Source of the DNA: Ptychomitrium polyphyllum | Taxonomy: Eukaryota | Direction: 5' to 3' | Assembly (NCBI GenBank): GCA_973851085.1 | Contig: OZ316775.1 | Coordinates: 16,988,001-17,052,000, forward strand | DNA: 64,000 nt | Shown: in pieces, positions 52,804 to 64,000 of the stretch | Layout of the letters: each line of letters opens with the position of its first letter | Position numbering within the stretch: position 1 is the stretch's first letter | Position numbers and translations under genes: made by a program | The notes under the pieces: generated by a model | What the model was told of the DNA's origin: nothing | Databases searched by the model: none | The model's input: the letters and a program-made list of their open reading frames with translations, nothing else

Positions 52804-53823
52804 CTATTGTGACTGGACAGCCTCGTTTTCCAACTCCACCATTGTGCTTTGAGCCTTAAAAGCAGATCCTTTGATTTGGCAGTCGCGCACTTTATGTCCA
52901 GACTTGCCACAATACAAGAAGAGGTTTTCTCTTCGATGCCTTTCTTTTTCTTCTGGAGTCAAGCGTCTGAATTGGGTAGCATCAATTTGCATAGGTTCTG
53001 GTCCTTGTGGTCGACTTTTGGATACTCTTGAAGAAGTGGTACCTATGCTTTGATGTACTGGTCGCCATCCCAAGCGTTGTTCTTGGCGCCTCTCAAATAA
53101 TCTATTGTCACATGCTATTGCCTGAGTGATGAATTCGTCCAATGTTTCAACTCTTGGCATTGTCAGTAGCAAGTCCTTTACATTCTCTCTTAAGCCCCAT
53201 CGAAATCTTGTGACCAAGGCTTTATCATTCCAATCAAGGTCGCAAGCTAATTGTCGAAACTCTGCAGCATATGTAGCAGCTGAGCGCTGCCCTTGTTGGA
53301 GACTCTGGATCCTTGTCTCAGCCACCCTCTTTCGGTTGGTGTCTCCAAAAGTAGATGTCAATGCTTCTATAAAAGCATCTAAGTTGTTCAATAATGGTGA
53401 CTGCTTCTCCATTAGTGGTACAAACCATGATAGTGCATTGTTTGATAAAAGAGTGGCCACAAATCCCACTTGAGTAGTACCATTAAGATAGCGAGATTGA
53501 TGCAAACTAAGGAAGAGTCTTACTTGTTGAACAAAGCCTCTCAATTTTGATCTAAATCCATCAAACTTATCTGGCATACTAATCTTTGGCTCTGAGTGGG
53601 TTCGACGGAAACCTTCTCTTCCAATATTGGCCTCTTGCAATCGAACAACCTCTTGATATAGGCTTTGAATATCACCATTGGATTCTTCAGTTTGCCGAGT
53701 ATGTTGCTCCAAATTGTTGGTGGTATTAAAACGGGCGAGTTCCGTTCGAATTGTGTTTAATAATTCTTGAAGGTCAGCAATAGTTGCAAACCTATTCTCT
53801 GATGGTCCAGGCACGTTATCCAT
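52804..53823 (-). CDS. gag: gag (family A), open 339-aa frame
   Basis: PDKFDG, QGQRSAATYAAEFRQLA..LDWND and PEPMQID motifs. First Cys of the knuckle is mutated (FLYCGKSGH). Confidence 0.85.
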   Translation of the reverse strand: MDNVPGPSENRFATIADLQELLNTIRTELARFNTTNNLEQHTRQTEESNGDIQSLYQEVVRLQEANIGREGFRRTHSEPKISMPDKFDGFRSKLRGFVQQVRLFLSLHQSRYLNGTTQVGFVATLLSNNALSWFVPLMEKQSPLLNNLDAFIEALTSTFGDTNRKRVAETRIQSLQQGQRSAATYAAEFRQLACDLDWNDKALVTRFRWGLRENVKDLLLTMPRVETLDEFITQAIACDNRLFERRQEQRLGWRPVHQSIGTTSSRVSKSRPQGPEPMQIDATQFRRLTPEEKERHRRENLFLYCGKSGHKVRDCQIKGSAFKAQSTMVELENEAVQSQ

Positions 53824-54065
53824 TTCTTAAGACTCTCAAAGACAGAATAAGTATGAGTATCTTCAAAGGAGGAAATCCACGTACTTTGAAAGAAGTAATA
53901 CTTGATTCTAGAAGGAGAAACCAACTCTATGGTGCCAGCTTAGAAAAGGGTAATCCGCAACCTCTAAAACGCTATGGAATCCTAAAGAAGATGGGTAATG
54001 GGTAATTCACAATCTTCTTCAAAAAACCTTAGCTTCGACTAAGATGAAAAGTAGTCTTGCCAAAC

Positions 54066-54535
54066 TGTTAGGGACACAAGTAACAAGAAGTAGAAACAAA
54101 GTGTTTCCCAAGAATTAGCTTCCAAAGAGCTAATGATTAACAAGAAGTTGATACAAAGACTAGAACAAGGTAGGATTCAAGATGATCCAGAACTTGTGTT
54201 GGCAAGACTAAGGAATACCTTGTCTTGCCTCCTATTTATACTAGGGACGTTTGTATCTCCTATGAAACTTCTAAAGAAGCTTCCTACAAGGCTTAAGAAT
54301 GTTCCTGAAAGTCTAAGGAACCTTCCCAAGAAGTTTCCTAAGATGTTGGAACCTTCCTAAGTAGCTTCCAAGGAATTGGAACTTCTTTGGAAGCTTTCAA
54401 GGAGTTGGAACCATCCTTGGAAGTTTCCTAAGGTAGCGGAACCTTCCTAGGAAAGTTCCTATGGTGATAAAACCTTTCTAGGAAGTAACCTAAGATGATA
54501 GAACCTTCCTAGGAAGTTTTCTAAGGTGGAGGAAC
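54066..54535 (-). repeat. Family-A 5' LTR truncated by assembly gap
   Basis: Same sequence as 56535-57003 apart from a few 1-nt differences near the gap. Confidence 0.88.
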
Positions 54536-54635
54536 NNNNNNNNNNNNNNNNNNNNNNNNNNNNNNNNNNNNNNNNNNNNNNNNNNNNNNNNNNNNNNNNN
54601 NNNNNNNNNNNNNNNNNNNNNNNNNNNNNNNNNNN
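54536..54635. other. Assembly gap (100 N)
   Basis: Read directly. Confidence 1.
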
Positions 54636-57003
54636 GGTGCTTTGATAACATGTCCGCATTCTTCTTTTCAAAAACGTCTTTATAATCTTGATATTGACGA
54701 GGTATGTTTTGATTAGTCTCTATTGTAGAGCTAGACATTGGCGTGGCATAAATGGCATAGATTGGTGTATCCTTCGCCGCTCTCATAAATGCCTTAGCTC
54801 CTATAAACGATGGTCCAAGATTTCTCGTACCTTGGCATCTTTTCCTTGAGACCACACTCCGTGAGCGCCAGTCAATGTTTGGATTAAGTAATTCAAACTA
54901 AGGAAGGCCTAAAACAATGGACTTCGTTCGGCATTGAATGATGTTGAAGGCAATCTTAGATGCCTGGTCTCCTAAAATAACTTCCAATGGTTGAGTTTCT
55001 CCAATAACGTTGCCAAACGCAAGAGATCGTCCATCAATAACTTCAACAGGTGCGGGATGTTTTTTTCTTCACAAGCACTATGTGATGTTTGGTTGCAAAA
55101 TCCTTGTCCATGAAACATGCCGTTGCACCAGTGTCTAAGAGAGCCTCGCTAATTATTTCATCATCTAACAATTTAATTTTGATAGGAAATGTAAAACAAG
55201 AGGTAGGGCTTAAAGGTAGTAAGAGACCTTGATTTGATGGTGGTTTCTTTGTAGTGTCCAATCGCATGGTCCCTATTGTGACTGGACAGCCTCGTTTTCC
55301 AACTCCACCATTGTGCTTTGAGCCTTAAAAGCAGATCCTTTGATTTGGCAGTCGCGCACTTTATGTCCAGACTTGCCACAATACAAGAAGAGGTTTTCTC
55401 TTCGATGCCTTTCTTTTTCTTCTGGAGTCAAGCGTCTGAATTGGGTAGCATCAATTTGCATAGGTTCTGGTCCTTGTGGTCGACTTTTGGATACTCTTGA
55501 AGAAGTGGTACCTATGCTTTGATGTACTGGTCGCCATCCCAAGCGTTGTTCTTGGCGCCTCTCAAATAATCTATTGTCACATGCTATTGCCTGAGTGATG
55601 AATTCGTCCAATGTTTCAACTCTTGGCATTGTCAGTAGCAAGTCCTTTACATTCTCTCTTAAGCCCCATCGAAATCTTGTGACCAAGGCTTTATCATTCC
55701 AATCAAGGTCGCAAGCTAATTGTCGAAACTCTGCAGCATATGTAGCAGCTGAGCGCTGCCCTTGTTGGAGACTCTGGATCCTTGTCTCAGCCACCCTCTT
55801 TCGGTTGGTGTCTCCAAAAGTAGATGTCAATGCTTCTATAAAAGCATCTAAGTTGTTCAATAATGGTGACTGCTTCTCCATTAGTGGTACAAACCATGAT
55901 AGTGCATTGTTTGATAAAAGAGTGGCCACAAATCCCACTTGAGTAGTACCATTAAGATAGCGAGATTGATGCAAACTAAGGAAGAGTCTTACTTGTTGAA
56001 CAAAGCCTCTCAATTTTGATCTAAATCCATCAAACTTATCTGGCATACTAATCTTTGGCTCTGAGTGGGTTCGACGGAAACCTTCTCTTCCAATATTGGC
56101 CTCTTGCAATCGAACAACCTCTTGATATAGGCTTTGAATATCACCATTGGATTCTTCAGTTTGCCGAGTATGTTGCTCCAAATTGTTGGTGGTATTAAAA
56201 CGGGCGAGTTCCGTTCGAATTGTGTTTAATAATTCTTGAAGGTCAGCAATAGTTGCAAACCTATTCTCTGATGGTCCAGGCACGTTATCCATTTCTTAAG
56301 ACTCTCAAAGACAGAATAAGTATGAGTATCTTCAAAGGAGGAAATCCACGTACTTTGAAAGAAGTAATACTTGATTCTAGAAGGAGAAACCAACTCTATG
56401 GTGCCAGCTTAGAAAAGGGTAATCCGCAACCTCTAAAACGCTATGGAATCCTAAAGAAGATGGGTAATGGGTAATTCACAATCTTCTTCAAAAAACCTTA
56501 GCTTCGACTAAGATGAAAAGTAGTCTTGCCAAACTGTTAGGGACACAAGTAACAAGAAGTAGAAACAAAGTGTTTCCCAAGAATTAGCTTCCAAAGAGCT
56601 AATGATTAACAAGAAGTTGATACAAAGACTAGAACAAGGTAGGATTCAAGATGATCCAGAACTTGTGTTGGCAAGACTAAGGAATACCTTGTCTTGCCTC
56701 CTATTTATACTAGGACGTTTGTATCTCCTATGAAACTTCTAAAGAAGCTTCCTACAAGGCTTAAGAATGTTCTGAAAGTCTAAGGAACCTTCCCAAGAAG
56801 TTTCCTAAGATGTTGGAACCTTCCTAAGTAGCTTCCAAGGAATTGGAACCTTCTTTGGAAGCTTTCAAGGAGTTGGAACCATCCTTGGAAGTTTCCTAAG
56901 GTAGCGGAACCTTCCTAGGAAGTTTCCTATGGTGATAAAACCTTTCTAGGAAGTAACCTAAGATGATAGAACCTTCCTAGGAAGTTTTCTAAGGTGGAGG
57001 AAC
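54636..57003. repeat. Near-exact direct duplicate of 52167-54535 (offset 2469), including second gag 55273-56292; likely unmerged contig overlap
   Basis: Identical ORF translations at constant offset. The only differences seen are 1-nt changes next to the gap. Confidence 0.9.
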
Positions 57004-57136
57004 TTTCCAGGGAAGCTTCCTAAAAACATAAAAAAGGCTAAAGAGACATCTAAAAGTATTCTAAGAAACAATTCTAGTATACTAAAAGGTTCTAGAATGT
57101 TCTAAGGACTATGTTTCATGATTTATGTCCGTGACA
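56535..57136 (-). repeat. Complete family-A 5' LTR
   Basis: TGTCACGGAC...CCCTAACA on the minus strand, followed by the PBS-like site. 5' flank is GGCGT. Confidence 0.9.
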
Positions 57137-57156
57137 ACGCCAATATCCAGTTCTAC

Positions 57157-59182
57157 AATAGAGACTAATCAAAACATACCTCGTCAATATCAAGATTATA
57201 AAGACGTTTTTGAAAAGAAGAATGCGGACATGTTATCAAAGCACCAGCTTTACAATTGTACCATTGAGTTGCAAGAAGGAGCCCAACCGCCTTTTGGACC
57301 TATTTATAACTTATCACAAACTGAGTTGGCTGCCTTGAGAGAATATATTGATGAAAACCTTGGAAAAGGTTTCATTCAACATTCTAAATCACCTGCTGGA
57401 GCACCCATTCTATTTGTAAAGAAGAAAGATGGATCATTACGTATGTGCGTGGACTATCGAGGACTCAATAAAGTAACAAAAATGAATCGCTATCCATTAC
57501 CATTAATCTCAGGACTCCTACAACAACTTGGCCAAGCAAAGATATTCACCAAAATTGATCTTAGAGGAGCCTACAATCTTGTACGCATCAAAGAAGGAGA
57601 CGAATGGAAGACAGCTTTTCGATCTAGGTATGGTCATTTTGAATACAATGTCATGCCTTTTGGCCTTACTAATGCTCTCGCAGTCTTTCAACATATGATG
57701 AATGATATCTTCCATGAATATCTAGATGATTTTGTAGTCATCTACTTAGATGATATTTTGATATATTCAAAGGATGAACAAGACCACGAATGTCATGTGC
57801 AAATGGTCTTAGAAAAACTATGCCAGCGAGGATTATATGCCAAATTGGAGAAGTGCCTTTTCCATGAATCATTGGTTGAATTTTTAGGCTACATTATTTC
57901 CAAAGGAGGAATTCATATGTATAAGAAAAAAATAAGCACTGTCATAGAGTAGAGTACGCCAAAATCCATTTGAGATGTTCAAAACTTCTTGGGATTTGCA
58001 AACTTCTACAAGATATTCATCAAGAATTTTTCTAGGATTGCGGCATCATTAACATGTCTTACGAGGAAGCAAAAATTCATTTGAAATGAAGAGGTAGAAA
58101 AAACATTTCAAAGTCTTAAGAAGTCATTCACATCAGCTTTAATTCTTATTCATCCAAATCCATAAAAGCCTTTTTATTTGGAAGCGGATGCCTCAGATTT
58201 TGCACTTGGCTCGGTACTCTCACAACATGATGAAGACGGGAAACATCACCCTCTTGCCTTTCGTTCAAGGAAGCTTTCAGCGGCGGAGATCAACTATGAT
58301 ATACATGATAAAGAAGTATTTGCAATTGTGGATGCGTTTGAAGAACGGCGAGAATTATTGGAAGGAGTTCAATATACCATCACAATATATATAAACCACA
58401 AGAACTTGGAGTCTTTCATGAATGCCATCATGCAAGGTGGAATATGTCGCTTTCCAGATTTGACTTTGTCATTACCTATTGATCTGGTAGCTTACAAAGT
58501 AAGCCAAATGCCTAATCTTAAAGATTTAATTTAGCTCCTCAACCTGAAGATGATCTTTTGAATCAATAAAATACTATTTTATTGAAGTTACACATTTTCC
58601 AATTGAAAGCAGCCATTATTACAACAACATCCCATCTTGATAAAATTCAGAAAAGTTTGAAGAATGATGTCTTTGTTTTAAATATAAAGAAGCGTTCCAA
58701 AGAAAATGGAGGTCCTTTGAATAGCGATGAGGACTTTAAATTCCAAGAGAACCTACTTTATTATAAAGGACTTTTGTACCTACCTCCAGGCCCTTTGCGG
58801 TTGAAGATCCTTCAAGCACGTCATGATTTTCCAGCAGCAGGACATTTTGGATTCAATAAAACAATAGCGTTGATTGCTGGAGACTATTGGTGGCCACAAA
58901 TGTGGAAGTACGTGAAGGACTTTGTTTGATCATGCGACACTTGTGCAAGAGCCAAGGTACGAAGACACCAACCTCATGGTATCTTCCATCCGCTTCTAGT
59001 GCCAAAGGGCCCATGGTTGTATTTATCAATGGATTTTATCACGGACCTTCCAAATTTCGAATCTAAGGATTCTAGTTTCGTAGTGGTGGATCCATTTACC
59101 GTAATGGTACATTTCATTCCATACAACAACATGGTAACGCGAAAAGAAACTGCTAAGTTGTTCTTAAATCACGTCTACCGCA
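57157..59182 (+). repeat. ~2-kb inverted duplicate of 50230-52255 (RT-RH-INT pseudogene)
   Basis: Matching ORF ends sum to a constant 109412 (51460/57952, 50878/58534, 50483/58929, 50413/58999) and translations are identical. Confidence 0.9.
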
Positions 59183-62100
59183 GACACGAAGTTTACGAAG
59201 GTCATGTGCGACTGGTTTTAGAAAAACTACGCCAGCGAGGATTATATGCCAAATTGGAGAAGTGCCTTTTCCATGAATCATCAGTTGAATTTCTAGGCTA
59301 CATTATTTCCAAAGGAGGAATTCATATGTATAAGAAAAAAATAAGCACTGTCATAGAGTAGAGTACGCCAAAATCCATTTGAGATGTTCAAAACTTCTTG
59401 GGATTTGCAAACTTCTACAAGATATTCATCAAGAATTTTTCTAGGATTGCGGCATCATTAACACGTCTTACGGGGAAGCAAAAATTCATTTGAAATGAAG
59501 AGACGGGAAAAACATTTCAAAGTCTTAAGAAGTCATTCACGTCGGCTCCAATTCTTATTCATCCAAATCCATAAAAGCCTTTTTATTTGGAAGCGGATGC
59601 CTCAGATTTTGCACTTGGCTCAGTACTCTCACAATATGATGAAGGCGGGGAGACTTCACCCTCTTGCCTTTTGTTTAAAGAAGTTCTCAGCGGCAGAGAT
59701 CAACTATGATATACATGATAAAGAACTACTGGCAATTGTGAATGCATTTGAAGAATGGCGACACTTATTGGGAGGAACTCAACATACCATCACAATATAC
59801 ACAGACCACAAAAATTTGGAATATTTCATGAGTGCGCGCATTCTAAATCGCTGTCAAGCAAGGTGGAGTATGTCGCTTTCCAGATTTGACTTTGTCATTA
59901 CCTATCGATCTGGTAGCTTGCAAGGTAAGCCAGATGCCTTATCTCGAAGATCTTATTTAGCTCCTCAACCTGGAGATGATGTTTTGAATCAACAAAGGAC
60001 TATTTTATTGAAGTCTGAGAATCTGCAATTGAAAGCAGCCATTATTACGACAACATCCCATTTTGACGAAATTCGGAAGGCTTTAAAGAATGACGTTTTT
60101 GTTTCAAATATAAAGAAGCGCCTCAAAGACAATGGAAATCCTTCAAATAGCGATGAGGATTTTGAATTCCAAGAGAACCTACTTTATTATAAAGGACTTT
60201 TGTATCCACCTCCAGGCCCTTTGCGGTTGAAGATCCTTCAAGCACGTCATGATTTTCCAGCAGCAGGACATTTTGGATTCAATAAAATAATGGAATTGAT
60301 TGCTGGAGACTATTGGTGGCCACAAATGTGGAAGTACGTGAAGGACTTTGTTCAATCATGCGACACTTGTGCAAGAGCCAAGGTACCAAGGCACCTACCT
60401 CATGGTCTCCTCCATCCGCTTCTAGTGCCAATGGGCCCATGGTTGTCTTTATCAATGGATTTTATCACGGACCTTCCAAATTCCGATTCTAAGGATTCTA
60501 TTTTGGTAGTGGTGGATCGATTTACAAAAATGGCATATTTCATTCCATGCAATAAGACGGTAACAAGAGAAGAGGATTTTGCAATTCAACTTGCTAAAAT
60601 CCATCAAGAAATTACCTTCTAGTTACAACAAGCTCAAGATCGTTACAAAACTTATGCAGATCGCCATCGGAAGGACCATCCAAAGTTCAAGATTGGAGAT
60701 AGCGTATGGCTCCTACGACGAAATATACAGACAAAAAAGACCAAAGAAGTTGGACTATCAAAGGCTTGGAACGTTTGAAATCAGCAAATAAATAAATCCG
60801 GTTTGTTATCGCCTAAAGCTACCACCAAGCATGCAAATTCATCCAGAATTCCACGTTTCGTTGTTGGAAACCTATAACAAATCATGTATACCAAAGAGAA
60901 TTATTCCTTCGCCTCCTCCGCTGGAAATCAATAATAAAATTGAATATGAAGTAGAAGAGATCTTACATTCATGCATCAAGAACGGACATGTGGAGTACCT
61001 TATACATTGGCAAGGATATGGCATCAATGACCGAACATGGGAACCTTCAACGAATGTAACAAACGCATCCGAGAAGGTACGCGAATTTCATCAAAGATAT
61101 CCTCAGAAACCAGGTCAGTGATGATGTGTCATCAACAGCCGTTAGCTTCACAGAGAAGTTTTTCCTTCGTAGACAAGTATAAGAAGGGAGGAGAGATATC
61201 CAGACCTCCAATTGTATGCAGCGTTATTTCCAAGATAGATCATTTCTAGATCCTAGCCAGTATGTCAAATCTTCGTGTTACCATGGATATGCATGAAGAG
61301 CAGTCGGCCATGCCTTCATCAACAACAGCATCTGTTGAGCCAACTCAACTTTCTCAGCCCTCGGTAACGGAAGATCTAAGTCAAGATATGAGAGGGACAT
61401 CCCAACGTCGAGTACGACCTCGTGCAGAAGTATTGACTAGTCGCCCTTCGCATTCCAGTCTTGATTCAGATGCTCGCGCTCTAGTCATCTTGTTAGAAAT
61501 TGGAAGAGTCACCCCTGGAGGACCCGAAATCTTGTTTGGAGGATGTTTCAAAGGACTTAATCAAGATCAGATCTTGGGATGGGACATTTCATGAACATAA
61601 GTCTTGGCTGGTGGCCATCGGCGTTTCTTGCAAGGACGAGTTGAGCCAGTGAATAGAGAACAACGAGCAGAGTATGTTGCTTCACTCCTTCGACAAATTT
61701 TGGAATTTGTAGAAATGTGACAAGCAAGCCAAGAAAACAACTCCTCATGGGACTCGTCGCTAAAAGGGGAGGTGCTGTCACGGACATAAATCATGCAACA
61801 TAGTCCTTAGAACATTCTAGAATCTTCTAGTATACTAGAATCATTTTTTAGAATACTTTTAGATGTCTCCATAGCCTTTTTTATGTTTTTACGAATCTTC
61901 CTAGGAAGGTTCTATCATCTTAGGTTACTTCCTAGGAATGTTTTATCACCTTAGGAAACTTCCTAGGAAAGTTCCGCTACCTTAGGAAACTTCCAAGGAT
62001 GGTTCCAACTCCTTGGAAGCTTCCAAAGAATGTTCCAATTCCTTAGAAGCTACTTAGGAAGGTTCCAACATCTTAGGAAACTTCTTGGGAAGGTTCCTTA

Positions 62101-62346
62101 GACTTTCAGAACATTCTTAAGCCTTGTAGGAAGCTTCTTTAGAAGTTTCATAGGAGATACAAACGTCCTAGTATAAATAGGAGGCAAGACAAGGTATTGC
62201 TTAGTCTTGCCAACACAAGTTGTGGATCATCTTGAATCCTACCTTGTTCTAGTCTTTGTATCAACTTCTTGTTAATCATTAGCTCTTTGGAAGCTAATTC
62301 TTGGAAAACACTTCGTTTCTGCTTCTTGTTTCTTGTGTCCCTAACA
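59183..62346 (+). mobile_element. 3' half of a younger family-A element: RT end, RH, INT with ~380-bp deletion, chromodomain, ORF3 (61121-61720, with stops), PPT, LTR 61776-62346
   Basis: Collinear with ~5680-9201. Deletion junction at 60571-60573. LTR is followed by GGCGT. Confidence 0.9.
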
Positions 62347-64000
62347 GGCGTGGCATAAATGACATAGATTGGTTCATCCTTTGCCGCTCTCATGAATGCC
62401 TTAATTCCAATAAATGATGGTCCAAGATTTCTCGTATCTTAACGTCTATTCCTTGAGACGACACTCTATGAGCGCTAATCAATGTCTGGATTATGTAATT
62501 CAAACCAAGGAAGGCGCAAAATAACAGAATTTGTTCGGCATTAAATGATGTTGAAGACAATCTTAGATGCCTGATCTCCTAAAATAACCTCCAATGGTTG
62601 AATTTCTTCAATAATGTTGCCAAACGCAAGTGATCATCCATCAATAACTTCAAGAGGTGCAGGATATTTTTTCTTAATAAGCACCATGTGATGTTTGGTT
62701 GCAAAATCCTTATCCAAAAAATCTACCGTTGCACCAGTGTTTAAGAGAGCCTCACTAATTATTTCATCATCTAATATTTTAATTTTGATATAAAATGTAA
62801 AACAAGAGGTAGGGCTTGAAGGTAGTAAGAGACCTTGATTTGATGGTGGTTTCTTTGTGGTGTCCAGTCGCATGGTCCCTATTGTGACTGGATAGCCTCG
62901 TTTTCTAACTCCACCATTATGGTTTGAGCCTTAAAATCAGATCCTTTAATTTGGCAATCGTGCACTTTATGTCCAGACTTGCCACAATACAAACAAAAGT
63001 TTTTGCATCGACGCCTTTCTTTTTCTTCTGGAGTTAAACGTCTGAACTGGGCAGCATCAATTTGCATAGGTTCTGGTCCTTGTGGTCGACTTTCCAATAC
63101 TCTTGAAGAAGTGATAGCCATGCTTTGATGTACTGGTCGCCATCCCAAATGTTGTTCTTGGCGCCTCTCAAATAATCTATTATCACATGCTATTGCTTGA
63201 GTGATGAATTCATCCAATGTTTCAACTTTTTGCATTGTGAGTATCAAGTCCTTTATATTCTCTTTTAAGCCCCATCGGAATTGTGTGACCAAGGCTTTAT
63301 CATTCCAATCAAGGTCGCAAGCTAATTGTTGAATTTTTGCAGCATATGTAGCAGCTGAGCGCTGTCCTTGTTGGAGACTTTGGATCTTTGTCTCAACCAC
63401 CCTTTCTTGGTTGGTGTCTCCAAAAGTAGATGTCAATGCTCCTATGAAAGAATCTAAGTTGTTCAATAATGGTGACTGCTTCTGCATTAAGGATGCAATT
63501 CACAATAATGCATTGTTTAATAAATGAGTGGCCACAAATCCCACTTGAGTAGTGCCATCAGGATAGCGAGATTGATGTAAACTAAGGAAGAATCTTACTT
63601 GTTGAACAAAGCCTCTCAATTTTGATCTTGATCCATTGAACTTATCTGGCATGCTAATCTTAAGCTCTGCTGGATTTGACGTAAGCCTTCCCTTCCAATA
63701 TTGGCCTCTTGCAATCAAACAACCTTTTGATATAGGCTTTGAATACCACCATTGGATTCTTCAGCTTGCCAAGTATGTTGCTCCAAAATTGTTGGTGGTG
63801 TTGAAGCGGGCAAATTCTGTTTAAACTGTGTTTAATAATTCTTGAAGGTCTGCAATAGTTGCAAACCTATTCTCTGATGGTCCAGGCACGTTATCCATTT
63901 CTTAAGACTCTCAAAGACAGAATAAGTATGAGTATCTTCAAAGGAGGAAATCCACGTACTTTGAAAGAAGTAATACTTGATTCTAGAAGGAGAAACCAAC
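62347..64000 (-). mobile_element. 5' part of a host family-A element (leader, gag pseudogene 62879-63898, protease), runs off the window
   Basis: ORFs 62879-63487 (gag C-terminus with intact knuckle) and 62634-62873 (PR). Interrupted at ...TATGCCACGCC by the LTR. Confidence 0.9.

Noticed and set aside
54636..57003. Recent tandem duplication of gag-LTR as a biological event
   Set aside because: It flanks a 100-N gap and differs only by 1-nt changes at the contig end, which is typical of an unmerged overlap.

Overview
Plant nuclear DNA: spliceosomal introns, AT-rich intergenic DNA and dense Ty3/gypsy chromoviruses. It looks like a bryophyte such as Physcomitrium patens (inference from retroelement content, not verified). 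Two blocks of nested, mostly decayed LTR retrotransposons (1-16.1 kb and 39.6-64 kb) flank a gene island with two intact minus-strand genes. One is a 3-exon secreted glyoxal/aldehyde oxidase (copper-radical oxidase, 545 aa). The other is a 9-exon SelO/UPF0061 protein adenylyltransferase (about 694 aa, Cys form, one GC-AG intron). The dominant element ('family A', Tcn1/RLG1-like chromovirus, ~600-bp LTR) is present in enough copies to compare, and four features recur. (i) Its PBS is complementary to its own predicted transcript 5' end (Tf1-type self-priming), with a U3/R hairpin that could mask the 3' copy. (ii) A slippery heptamer plus stem-loop/pseudoknot sits at the gag/pol junction. (iii) An extra ~199-codon ORF is coupled to the pol stop by TGATG. 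(iv) U3 carries canonical heat-shock elements. The 50-62 kb region has a 100-N gap, a 2.4-kb duplicated overlap and a 2-kb inverted duplication; a split GGCGT target-site duplication shows it is a scrambled nested insertion. All coordinates were read by eye; family names are inferences.
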